Assembly (NCBI GenBank): GCA_012720075.1
Contig: JAAXZE010000204.1
Location: 1-43,313, forward strand
Direction: 5' to 3'
DNA: 43,313 nt
Origin: Clostridia bacterium
GTDB lineage: Bacteria; Bacillota; Peptococcia; Peptococcales; BICA1-8
Shown here in pieces: positions 1-8,819 of this stretch (positions within the stretch are counted from its first letter, which is position 1; each line of letters opens with the position of its first letter). Below the pieces are notes generated by a model. The model worked only from the letters and a program-made list of their open reading frames with translations. It did not search any database and was not told the origin of the DNA. A program made the translations under genes and the position numbers.

Positions 1-205
1 TTAATCCGGCACTTAATTGAAACTATTAATTTTGTATCTTTTAAATAAAAAATAATAAATATAAATAAAAGAATAATTAAGAACGTAACTATATTTTCAA
101 TTAAGTGCCGGGGAGTTTTGATAATTCCCGAAGCCACCGAGTTCATTCCTAATAATTGTTTGAGCTAGCTTTTCGTTGATAATAAATTTGGTTTGTTAAC
201 AAGCT
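1..205. mobile_element. Right portion of a non-coding MITE-like fold-back element (truncated by window start)
   Basis: Aligns to 36576-36777; the 46-nt block 93-138 is identical to 36665-36710. Perfect 17-bp internal IR at 6-22/95-111. Ends in TTTGTTAACAAGCT (192-205), directly abutting a hairpin. Confidence 0.75.
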
Positions 206-240
206 GAGGATAACCTTTTTTCAATGGTTATCCTCTTTTT
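206..240. terminator. Hairpin/intrinsic terminator downstream of the minus-strand permease gene
   Basis: GAGGATAACC (206-215) / GGTTATCCTC (226-235), followed by TTTTT on +. Confidence 0.65.
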
Positions 241-254
241 AAATATGTTCTTTC

Positions 255-1349
255 TCATTTAAAAGTTAACTTGTTTCTATCGGCCAAAACCTTTACGGTT
301 ATGGTTATTAACACAATAATTCCAAGGTATCCGGTATAAGGATAAACTGTGCCGATTAGCATTCCGAAAGGCAGCTGTCCGCCGAAAAAGGCGAAAATTG
401 ATAAGACAATGACGGCAATTTTGTTTCTGTTAGTGCCCTCTTTGCCTATTTTGTTGGCGGAAACCCAAAGCATGGGAGCGGCGGTACTGAATATTTCACA
501 TAGCAATATTATTGAAAAAATCATTCCAAAGGCCGGCGTAATTAAATCGGCAAAGTACAAGTTGGGAATGGCAAGATGGGCAATATCACCTATATAGGCC
601 AACAAGGCCAGGTTCAATAGGAGGCCGGAAGTCATCAATGCAACGGATCCTATTACGGCACCCAGTACTGCTTCTTTGCCGGTGGCAGCCCCTTTGCCCA
701 TTTCCGCCAAGAAAGGAATGGAGCCGGTTACGTTGTAAGCCACATATAAGATACCGGCCAGCCACCAGGCGCTGGGGGAACCGGTGGCTCTCGGCAGTTC
801 GCCTACTTGTTTCATGGCTTCTGAAACATTGGCCAAACCCCCGGGGTTGTTAATCAGGGCCACCAGGGCAATTATAATGGGAAAAATTATGGTCAGGGGG
901 CCAAGACTGCCGATGATATCAACCAGTCTTTTCAAGCCGAACATGTTGGTAATCATTACTAAAAAAGCCATAAATGCGGCACCCATATAATGGGGTAAGC
1001 CGAAGTATTGATTCATGGGTGCCCCTGCTCCGGAAATCATTACTACGACAACGGCAAAGAGGAAAACCGGTATGAAGTATTCCAAAAAGGTTCCCAAGAT
1101 TTTACCGCAGTAGTAACGAAAAGGATTGAAATAATAGTTATTTCTGTTATCAAATCCATATTTCATTATAAGGGCGCCGCTCCAGGCAAATAAAAACATG
1201 CTGATGAAAATGCCGCCAATACTCCAAATGCCATAGGCCGTAAAAAATTGCATGACTTCCTGTCCTGTGGCAAATCCTGAGCCAATCATAAAAGCAGTAA
1301 AGGCTCCGGCAAACTTTATGATTCTTAACCAACTGGTACGCTCTCCCAT
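255..1349 (-). CDS. YkvI-family integral membrane protein, probable amino-acid permease
   Basis: ~10 hydrophobic segments; N-terminal IGSGFATGQE signature; C-terminal YPYTGYLG; RBS GGAGG upstream. Confidence 0.8.
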   Translation of the reverse strand: MGERTSWLRIIKFAGAFTAFMIGSGFATGQEVMQFFTAYGIWSIGGIFISMFLFAWSGALIMKYGFDNRNNYYFNPFRYYCGKILGTFLEYFIPVFLFAVVVVMISGAGAPMNQYFGLPHYMGAAFMAFLVMITNMFGLKRLVDIIGSLGPLTIIFPIIIALVALINNPGGLANVSEAMKQVGELPRATGSPSAWWLAGILYVAYNVTGSIPFLAEMGKGAATGKEAVLGAVIGSVALMTSGLLLNLALLAYIGDIAHLAIPNLYFADLITPAFGMIFSIILLCEIFSTAAPMLWVSANKIGKEGTNRNKIAVIVLSIFAFFGGQLPFGMLIGTVYPYTGYLGIIVLITITVKVLADRNKLTFK

Positions 1350-1378
1350 GAGTTTCCTCCAAGCTATAAAATAACGTT

Positions 1379-2509
1379 TTATTTCATTAGTAATTTTTCA
1401 GCATCATGCAAACATTCCATTAAAAGGGACATATTTTTATGGACATGTAATCTTATGCAATTTTTCCCCAGCCCCTCATAGCATGTACAGGAAACGGCCC
1501 GGACTCCTGTTTGTTCTAATACTTTACAAAGATCTATTTCTTCGTTTTCGCAATAGAGCAGGGATATAGGAGTATAATCGGAAGTGTGGGCCATATTTAT
1601 TACTTTTAAGCCTGCCCGCAAAGTTTTTTTCGCTTCATGAACCCGCTTCTTTGTTTGTTCAATCCAGTCGCTCTCCAGAAGCCTAAGAGCAATGTATTCG
1701 GCAATAGTGCTTTTGGAAAAAGGAAGATTTACTTTGTTTACCAAATCTATTACTCCTTTTTGGGCAATGATATAGCCCAGTCTAATGCCGGCCGCCCCAA
1801 AGCCTTTGGAAAAAGTTCGGACTACTGCAAAGTTATCGTATGTATTAACCAGTTTGCCGGCCGAGTTTTCATTGTCCATGTAGTCACCATAGGCTTCATC
1901 GATAACGACAAAACTATTCCGGGCTTGAGCTTCTTTTATAATTTTTTCGATAATATCCAAGCCGATAATCTGACCGGTGGGGTTATTGGGATTATCAATA
2001 TAAATATAAGCAGTTTGATATTTAGTCATTGTCTCTAAAAAAACATCGGGATTAAATTTATAATTTTCTTCCTTTCTGAGGTATACCGGACGGTATTGGG
2101 CGCCATATGTTATGAAATCGTCTACCACTGCAGTAAATTGGGGAGCGATGCCCAGAATTACTCTACCTTCCTTTAAAATCATCCGGTTTAAGGCCACAAC
2201 CGCTCCGATGGACCCACAGGTCAGGGTAATATTCTCGGGAGCAATCTGAAAACTTTTAGAATAGTAACGGGCGATGGCTTCTTTTAATTCCAGGTCCGAA
2301 TGGGGATAAAGGGCGATATTTGTAAACAGGTCTCTGGGGCAATCAAGACCGGGCCATGTTCCATACGGGTTTGAACCCATTGAACAGTCGATTTTATAAT
2401 CAAAATCCGCCAGATGTTCTGCATAATCGTTTCTTTCTTGGTTCAAGATGAATTTATTAATACCGTACATAAGAACCATCTCCAGCAACAAATTTTTGGT
2501 TTTGATCAC
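1379..2509 (-). CDS. Class I/II PLP-dependent aminotransferase (HisC-like); true start may be ATG at 2470
   Basis: DNPNNPTG, IDEAYGDY and RTFSKGFGAAGIRLGY (PLP lysine) motifs. Confidence 0.88.
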   Translation of the reverse strand: MIKTKNLLLEMVLMYGINKFILNQERNDYAEHLADFDYKIDCSMGSNPYGTWPGLDCPRDLFTNIALYPHSDLELKEAIARYYSKSFQIAPENITLTCGSIGAVVALNRMILKEGRVILGIAPQFTAVVDDFITYGAQYRPVYLRKEENYKFNPDVFLETMTKYQTAYIYIDNPNNPTGQIIGLDIIEKIIKEAQARNSFVVIDEAYGDYMDNENSAGKLVNTYDNFAVVRTFSKGFGAAGIRLGYIIAQKGVIDLVNKVNLPFSKSTIAEYIALRLLESDWIEQTKKRVHEAKKTLRAGLKVINMAHTSDYTPISLLYCENEEIDLCKVLEQTGVRAVSCTCYEGLGKNCIRLHVHKNMSLLMECLHDAEKLLMK

Positions 2510-2549
2510 CTATAAATCTTATTCTACCATCCTACAACCTGGGTTTAGA

Positions 2550-2830
2550 AAATTAAAAACCTTTCATCCCGGGTTTAGGGACGAAAGGTTATTCCGCGGT
2601 ACCACCCTTATTGGTCAAAAAAATGACCCGCTTGGCAGGATACTAACAGGTTAAAGCAAAAAGCCGTAAATACCCTCTTCCTTATAACGGTGGAAGCTCC
2701 GGTTTCACCTACTGGTGACTTTTCAGCGAAACAACTCCGGAGGGAACTTCATTTTAACCTGGTTACCGGTTTCCAGCATATCCGGCTCTCTGTAAACTTT
2801 AGTTAAAACTACTTTCCTCTTTCACGGATT
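2550..2830 (-). ncRNA. T-box riboswitch (transcriptional attenuator)
   Basis: Minus strand: stem I with AGUA/GAA loop-E, AGAGA and GCUG boxes; T-box AAGGGUGGUACCGCG (2609-2595); antiterminator half UUCGUCCC; terminator AACCUUUCGUCCC/GGGAUGAAAGGUU (2590-2558) + U tract. Confidence 0.93.
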
Positions 2831-2857
2831 TTATTTATTTTTGTCAATTTGAATACG

Positions 2858-2886
2858 ATTATAAGGTTAATAATAATATTTGTCAA
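2858..2886 (-). promoter_or_regulatory. Sigma-A promoter of the T-box operon
   Basis: Perfect TTGACA (2886-2881) - 17 bp - TATAAT (2863-2858) on the minus strand, just upstream of T-box stem I. Confidence 0.88.
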
Positions 2887-2970
2887 CATGTTAAAATTTT
2901 AGAAGAAAAAAGACAATTGGATATTTTTGTTCCCAGGTATATAAACCAAAAGGGGAAGAAGTCATATAAT

Positions 2971-2997
2971 GCAGGATTATTTCCGGATTTGTAGAAA
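2971..2997 (+). promoter_or_regulatory. Possible sigma-H-type promoter
   Basis: GCAGGATTA-N11-GTAGAAA resembles RnAGGAwww-N11/12-RnnGAAT with one mismatch. Confidence 0.35.
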
Positions 2998-3044
2998 TAC
3001 CAAAACTATTAAAAACTGGTAACAGTAAATGGGGAGGAGCGGCT

Positions 3045-4055
3045 GTGAGGATATTATTAGCTGATGACAATGACGGCAGCCGGACAAGCGTAGCCGATTT
3101 TTTGCGCAAGATTGGCTATGAGGTTGATGAATACAAAGACGGTTATAGTGCCTTGAAAGGCTTTTTGGTAAATAATTATGACATGGTTTTGTCGGATATA
3201 AAAATGCCTAACATGACCGGTATTGAGCTATTAAAGGCAATATCCGCTTCTCCATACAAAAATGATGTTGATGTGGTCTTGTTTACAGGCCATGGAGATT
3301 TGGATTTTGCGATCCAGGCCTTACGCCTGGGGGCCTATGACTATTTGTTAAAACCTTTGAATATTAAAGAACTGGTAGAAGTAACCGAAAGGGTTGCCAA
3401 GCGGAGAAATGAAGAGCGGAAAAAGATTAATATTATGTTCCTTCATAACAATTCTTTGTTTTGCGAAGGTTTAAAATACATCTTTAGCCGGTCTAATAAA
3501 TTTAATCTCATCGGAGAGGCTGAAACTTTTGGAAAAGCCTTAAATCTTCTGCAAACTGTAAAAGTGGATGCGTTACTTATAGACATGGATCAATTTAGAA
3601 ATGATACAGAGAAATATTGTAAAGAAATCAAAGAAAAATTTCCCCGTTTGAATATTATTCTTCTATATTCCCACGATGGTTTATTATCTAAGGGTATGAA
3701 AGAATGCTGCAATCTTTGGATTAACAAAGATACTGATGCCAATAATATTACCTATATGTTGGAACAGATAGAAAAGGGCAAAGAAGTAGCCAATTTTGTT
3801 GTATCAAATGCCGTTACTGACGAAAAAAAGGAAAAGCTGCAAAGGCTGACTTCCAAAGAATATCAGGTTCTGGCGTTATTGGTCCAAGGCCTGACAAACA
3901 AAGAGATTGCGGAAAAAATGTTTATCAGCCAATCAACGGTCAGGACTTATGTATCCAAAATTTTAGAAAAACTGGAGGCTCCCAACAGGGCAGCGGCGGC
4001 GGCCTACGGGGCAAGGTATATAAAGCCGTCTGAACAGGCTGATTTAGAAAAATAA
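3045..4055 (+). CDS. Response regulator with two receiver domains and a C-terminal LuxR/NarL HTH
   Basis: REC1 intact (LADDND, LSDIKMP, FTGHG, LLKP); REC2 degenerate; LTSKEYQVLALLVQGLTNKEIAEKMFISQSTVRTY HTH; RBS GGAGGAG. Confidence 0.88.
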   Translation: MRILLADDNDGSRTSVADFLRKIGYEVDEYKDGYSALKGFLVNNYDMVLSDIKMPNMTGIELLKAISASPYKNDVDVVLFTGHGDLDFAIQALRLGAYDYLLKPLNIKELVEVTERVAKRRNEERKKINIMFLHNNSLFCEGLKYIFSRSNKFNLIGEAETFGKALNLLQTVKVDALLIDMDQFRNDTEKYCKEIKEKFPRLNIILLYSHDGLLSKGMKECCNLWINKDTDANNITYMLEQIEKGKEVANFVVSNAVTDEKKEKLQRLTSKEYQVLALLVQGLTNKEIAEKMFISQSTVRTYVSKILEKLEAPNRAAAAAYGARYIKPSEQADLEK

Positions 4056-4068
4056 GGGGTAGGCGGAG

Positions 4069-5790
4069 ATGAGGAAAAAGCTGGTGCGATATTATTGGGG
4101 GAAAACCCGGCAAGAAATTAAACAAACTCTGGATTTAACAAAAAAAAGACTGGACGAGATAGAATTATTGCTAAAAGGTACGGCAATTGTTTTAGAAAAC
4201 TGCTCTTTTAAACAAATGGCCAAACAAATCTTTGATTTGTGCCAAGAACTAATTGGGGCTACCGCCGGTTATGTAGCCCTAGTATCGGAAGAGTGTCGAG
4301 AAAATGTAGCTCTATTTTTGGATACCGGTGAAAGTGCCTGTACCCTGGAGCCCAAATTGCCTATACCTCTCCGTGGTTTGCGAAAGTATGCCTGTCAAAG
4401 TGGAAAAACAGTATTTGAAAACAATTTTACTGAAAGTACGTATTATAAATATTTGCCCCAGGGTCATATAGCGATAGAAAATGTTTTGTTTTCCCCTTTG
4501 GTTACCAAGGGCAAGGTAGTGGGTTTATTAGGTCTGGCCAATAAAAAGAACGGTTTTTCCGATTATGATGTGAATTTGATACAGTCGTTTAGTGAACTGA
4601 TGGCTTTAGCTTTAGATAACAGCAGAAAAATGGACATTTTACATGATAATGAAGAAAGGTTTAAAGCTGTTTCCCAGAGGAGTGAAAACCGCTTTAGAAC
4701 AATTTTTGAGAATGCTCCTGTGGGTATAGTTTTGGTGGACCCTAATACCATTATTTCTTTAGCAAATTCTGCTTTTTGTAAAATGGTGGATTATACAAAA
4801 CAAGAGTTGGAAAATAAGACTATGTTCGATATCAGCCATCCCGAAGATTTGGTAATTACTGCAAGTTTTTTAAAAGAAGCGGCTTTAGGGAACAAAAATT
4901 ATTTTTATTATAAAAAGCGTTATATTTCAAAAACGGGTAAGATTGTCTGGGCTAATGTAGCCATCTCGGTGTTAAAAGATATAAATGGCAATATAGAAAA
5001 TTATCTGGTTATGGTTGAAGACATAACCCAAAAGATTGAGGCTGAAGAACAGCTGGCTAAAGCCAGGAGGAAAGCCGCCGTTGATGAGAAACTGGCCGCC
5101 CTCGGTACTTTGGCGGCAGGAATTGCTCATGAAATTAACCAGCCCCTTAATTCCCTAAAGGTTAATGTGGACAGTATTTTATATTGTTATGAAAAGTTCG
5201 GAAAGATCGATGAAGGTGAACTGATTGCTAAGCTAAAATCAATTTCTCAGGAGACCGAAGGAATCAGCTCAATCATCAATAATGTGCGGTCTTTTGTCCG
5301 TAATGAAAGAAGTCTTTCCGTTGAACCTTGCGACATTAATAATATTATTGAAAATGTGCTGCAAAAAATGGAGAAAGAGTTAAAAGATAATAAAATTATC
5401 CTGGTTAGAAACTTAAAGGACATTCCCTGTATTAAAGGAAATAGAACCGGTTTGGAGACGGTGGTAGTGAACCTTTTGAATAATTCCGTCAAGGCTTTTA
5501 AAAGAACAGTCAATAAACAAAAGGAGATTGCCGTCAGTACTTTAGTTGAAGAAAGAAATATTTATATAGAAATAAGCGATAATGCTACCGGTATAAATGA
5601 AAGCATATTGGATATGATTTATGATCCCTTTTTTACTACCGGGGCCGTTAATGAGGGCATGGGTTTAGGGTTGACAATGGTTCATTGGGTGGTCAAAAGG
5701 CATCAGGGGAATATTGAGATAACAAACAATAATCAGGGAGGAGTAACCTGCAGGATACAGATCCCCATTTTGCCGGAGGAAAACCTATAA
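4069..5790 (+). CDS. Cytoplasmic GAF-PAS sensor histidine kinase
   Basis: H-box AHEINQPLN, N-box NLLNNS, DNATGI, DPFFTT, GMGLGL; PAS (HPED, GKIVW); no TM segments. Confidence 0.9.
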   Translation: MRKKLVRYYWGKTRQEIKQTLDLTKKRLDEIELLLKGTAIVLENCSFKQMAKQIFDLCQELIGATAGYVALVSEECRENVALFLDTGESACTLEPKLPIPLRGLRKYACQSGKTVFENNFTESTYYKYLPQGHIAIENVLFSPLVTKGKVVGLLGLANKKNGFSDYDVNLIQSFSELMALALDNSRKMDILHDNEERFKAVSQRSENRFRTIFENAPVGIVLVDPNTIISLANSAFCKMVDYTKQELENKTMFDISHPEDLVITASFLKEAALGNKNYFYYKKRYISKTGKIVWANVAISVLKDINGNIENYLVMVEDITQKIEAEEQLAKARRKAAVDEKLAALGTLAAGIAHEINQPLNSLKVNVDSILYCYEKFGKIDEGELIAKLKSISQETEGISSIINNVRSFVRNERSLSVEPCDINNIIENVLQKMEKELKDNKIILVRNLKDIPCIKGNRTGLETVVVNLLNNSVKAFKRTVNKQKEIAVSTLVEERNIYIEISDNATGINESILDMIYDPFFTTGAVNEGMGLGLTMVHWVVKRHQGNIEITNNNQGGVTCRIQIPILPEENL

Positions 5791-5810
5791 ATTTTCACCA
5801 GGCTATGGGA

Positions 5811-5850
5811 AAGCCACTGAAAAATCGCCGTAATTTTTCAGTGGCTTTTT
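5811..5850 (+). terminator. Intrinsic terminator after the two-component pair
   Basis: AAGCCACTGAAAAAT / ATTTTTCAGTGGCTT + TTT. Confidence 0.85.
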
Positions 5851-5889
5851 CGTTTAAATGAGACTGTTTTTTCTTTAAATCACTAAAAA

Positions 5890-5927
5890 TAGATAAATGT
5901 CTATAAAATATTAGACGAATGTCTATA
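5890..5927. promoter_or_regulatory. Tandem palindromic operator candidate
   Basis: TAGATAAATGTCTATA (5890-5905) and TAGACGAATGTCTATA (5912-5927): TAGAC-N4-GTCTA dyads 22 bp apart. Confidence 0.55.
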
Positions 5928-6023
5928 GCAAAAAATGTCAAGTATTAATAAAATGAGAAAAGGAAGAATTATGTCATTTTTTGTTGAAAGATTGAATGAA
6001 TTATAATTTACTAAACGGTGGTA

Positions 6024-6197
6024 ATGGATAATATGCCTGCAAAAAATTCATTACTTCAAGAAATAGAAAATAAAAGACAACAGTTAAATGATTTATATAA
6101 AAATGAAAAATATCTTTTAAGCAAAGTTTTATTGGAAAAAAGTAAAGAGCTTGATAAATTAATACTAAGGTATCTAAAGTTATTTGAAAAAAAATGA
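6024..6197 (+). CDS. Spo0E-family aspartyl-phosphate phosphatase-like small protein (57 aa; not in ORF track)
   Basis: Translated by hand: MDNMPAKNSLLQEIENKRQQLNDLYKNEKYLLSKVLLEKSKELDKLILRYLKLFEKK; IEnKRqqL helix and SKELDkLI, a variant of the SQELD signature. Confidence 0.78.
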   Translation: MDNMPAKNSLLQEIENKRQQLNDLYKNEKYLLSKVLLEKSKELDKLILRYLKLFEKK

Positions 6198-6233
6198 CGG
6201 GATACATTAGTTTTAAAAAGGTGTGTTGTTAAC

Positions 6234-6617
6234 GTGGAAAAACAAAGAGAGTTTATACTTTATGGATTGGGGGATTTTCCAAAAATACTAGATGAAATAG
6301 CGAAAATTACCAAAGGTATTTTGGACGAATTTGATTTGCAGTTGATACTTTCAGAATCCTTGTCCAATGCTTTTATCCATGGGAACAACAGCGATGATAC
6401 CAAACCCATTTATTTACGGTTAAAGTTGGAAGACGAGTTAATAAGATTTGAAATTGAAGATTCCGGGGCGGGAAAAAAAGAGTTTAAGGTGCCGGAAGAA
6501 ATTAGTGGTGAAAATATATTAGACGATCACGGAAGGGGACTTTTTTTACTCAAGTGTTTTACTGACAGCATGGATTTTTATAACAATACACTGTTCCTGA
6601 CGAAAAAATGTCGTTGA
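6234..6617 (+). CDS. RsbW/SpoIIAB-like Ser/Thr kinase (anti-sigma type ATP-binding protein)
   Basis: LILSESLSNAFIHGN, IEDSGAG, HGRGLFL. Confidence 0.88.
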   Translation: MEKQREFILYGLGDFPKILDEIAKITKGILDEFDLQLILSESLSNAFIHGNNSDDTKPIYLRLKLEDELIRFEIEDSGAGKKEFKVPEEISGENILDDHGRGLFLLKCFTDSMDFYNNTLFLTKKCR

Positions 6618-6668
6618 AATAAAGAAAAGCATAATTTTTTTTGTTTTTCCGGAAATTTGAGATGATTT

Positions 6669-7340
6669 TTGGTGGCGAGAACAATGCATGATGATGTAGG
6701 GCAACTTTTAAAAAGAATATGGAGTAAAGAATACAAGTTTCGCGAAAAAGACCTGGATTATTTAAGAGGTATTTTTCTTATTAAAAACCTCATCGATACA
6801 AATGATCATTATACTTACACCCATTCCATACAAGTTTCCCGTTACGCATATTTAATCGGACGGGCGATGAATATGGGCAAAACTCAGTTAGAGGAACTTT
6901 TATTAACGGCTTTGCTGCATGATATCGGCAAATCCCGGTTATCTGTCGGTATTATTTTAAAAAAAGAGCCATTAACCCCAGAGGAATATGAAGAAATAAA
7001 AAAGCATGTCTATTGCGGTGCGGAAATTGTAAGAAATTATAAATTTTCCGAGGGCCTGTACCGGAATATCCTTTACCACCATGAAAGATGGGATGGCAAG
7101 GGTTATCCCTTGGGCTTAAAAGGCAAAAAGATACCGTTAATATCCAGAATAGTGACCGTAGCCGATTCTTTTGATGCCATGACTACCAATCGGCCTTATA
7201 AAGCCGGAATGTCTTTAGATGTCGCATTGGAAGAATTAAGAAAACATTCCAATAAGCAATTTGACGGCGAGATAGTACAAGTTTTCATTAATATGATACA
7301 AAGAGAAAGGGATTGGAGGAAAAGTTTACTGTATGGGTGA
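6669..7340 (+). CDS. Stand-alone HD-GYP domain protein (cyclic dinucleotide phosphodiesterase)
   Basis: LLHDIGK, HHERWDGKGYP, VADSFDAMTTNRPYK; start may be ATG 6684. Confidence 0.9.
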   Translation: MVARTMHDDVGQLLKRIWSKEYKFREKDLDYLRGIFLIKNLIDTNDHYTYTHSIQVSRYAYLIGRAMNMGKTQLEELLLTALLHDIGKSRLSVGIILKKEPLTPEEYEEIKKHVYCGAEIVRNYKFSEGLYRNILYHHERWDGKGYPLGLKGKKIPLISRIVTVADSFDAMTTNRPYKAGMSLDVALEELRKHSNKQFDGEIVQVFINMIQRERDWRKSLLYG

Positions 7341-8790
7341 ATATGGCGAGGATATCAAATCCCAACTGGCGCAATTAAAAACAGCTTTAAAGGAAAGTGA
7401 AGATAGATACCTGAGCTTATATTACAATAATCATCTGATCATGATGTTAATTGACCCGGAAAGCGGCGACATCGTTGATGCCAACCCCGCTGCCTGCAAT
7501 TTTTACGGTTACACCAAAGAAGAAATGACGGGTAAAAAAATATTTGACATTAATATGCTCAACAAAGCGGAAGTTTTAGAAAAACTGAAGCGGGCAGTTA
7601 AAGAAAAACGAAATTATTTTCATTTTGTTCACCGATTAAAAAACGGAGAGCCAAGAAATGTTGAGGTTTACAGCGGTCCTATAACTATAGGGGGAAGACA
7701 GGTCTTATATTCCATTATTCATGATATAACCGACAAGGTAATGATGGAGAAATCCTTGGTTGAAAGCGAACAGCATTACCGAAGCCTTTTGGAATTAGCC
7801 CCTTATTGTATCTTGGTTTATTATGACTACAAAATCGTATTTGCCAATCAGACGGCTGCTCAAATGCTGGAGGCTGAAGAATCCCAATTAATAGGGCTAA
7901 ACGTATTAGACCTCTTTCCTCCCGAATACCGGGAAACTGCCCGGAAAAGAATAAAAAACGTTTTAATAAACAAAGCTCCTAATTCCCTGATGGAGTATAC
8001 TCTATTAACCCTGAAAGGAAAACCCATTTATGTTGAAGCCCGTTCCAATTTTTTTCTGTACAAGGGTAAACCTGCGGTGCAAACTATTTTTATTGATATA
8101 ACCGAGAGAAAAAAAGAACTGGAAAGGGCGGCCCGGATACAAAGACAGCGATTGTCAACGGAGTTTCCTTTAAAGGATAAAGGGAAATTGGAAGTTATTT
8201 ATAAACCGGCTAATTTTATTAGCGGCGATTTTTTCCATTTTTATCAGGCAAATGACCACCAGGTGGTGGGATTGTTAGGAGATGTAATGGGCAAAGGAAT
8301 AGCCGCCGCATTATGTAATTCGGCCCTTAAAGTATTATTTTACGACATTGTAGGAAAGATTAAAGAACCTGCCCAAATCCTGGATGCTTTGAATAAAGAA
8401 ACTCCCAAGTATTTAGACGATAATTATGTGGCAGCCTGCTGTTTTTCCTTTGATTTTAAAGAAAAGACTTGTCAGATTGCCGCGGCGGGGATTAGCCATT
8501 ATTCGGTAAAATCCGCTGAGAGATACTTCTTTGATGAAATAATAACCGGTTCCTTTTTGGGTATGTTCAAAGATTCATGCTTTGAAAGTAAAAATATTCA
8601 TTTCAAAAAAGGAGATGTGTTTTATTTTTATACCGACGGTTTGGAAAATCTGTTTGGGCAGAGCTGGATAAAAAATAAATTTGCTTCCTTTGATACCATT
8701 AAAGAGCAAAAAAAATTTATCAATAATTTAACCATGGATAACCAGGCTTTAGACGATGACCTGACCTGGTTGGCAGTAGAAATACTCTAA
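7333..8790 (+). CDS. PAS-PAS-SpoIIE/RsbU-type PP2C phosphatase
   Basis: Two PAS repeats; SGDFF, GDVMGKG, YTDG, DDDLT motifs. Confidence 0.88.
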   Translation: MGEYGEDIKSQLAQLKTALKESEDRYLSLYYNNHLIMMLIDPESGDIVDANPAACNFYGYTKEEMTGKKIFDINMLNKAEVLEKLKRAVKEKRNYFHFVHRLKNGEPRNVEVYSGPITIGGRQVLYSIIHDITDKVMMEKSLVESEQHYRSLLELAPYCILVYYDYKIVFANQTAAQMLEAEESQLIGLNVLDLFPPEYRETARKRIKNVLINKAPNSLMEYTLLTLKGKPIYVEARSNFFLYKGKPAVQTIFIDITERKKELERAARIQRQRLSTEFPLKDKGKLEVIYKPANFISGDFFHFYQANDHQVVGLLGDVMGKGIAAALCNSALKVLFYDIVGKIKEPAQILDALNKETPKYLDDNYVAACCFSFDFKEKTCQIAAAGISHYSVKSAERYFFDEIITGSFLGMFKDSCFESKNIHFKKGDVFYFYTDGLENLFGQSWIKNKFASFDTIKEQKKFINNLTMDNQALDDDLTWLAVEIL

Positions 8791-8819
8791 AAATATTTAA
8801 TGTTAGGAGAGACGCAACG

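Noticed and set aside
1379-2509. Assigning the symbol hisC or cobD
   Set aside because: No his or cob genes nearby, and the T-box features do not fit His.
2448-2654. 68-aa plus-strand ORF as a leader peptide
   Set aside because: Wrong strand; antisense to the T-box terminator.
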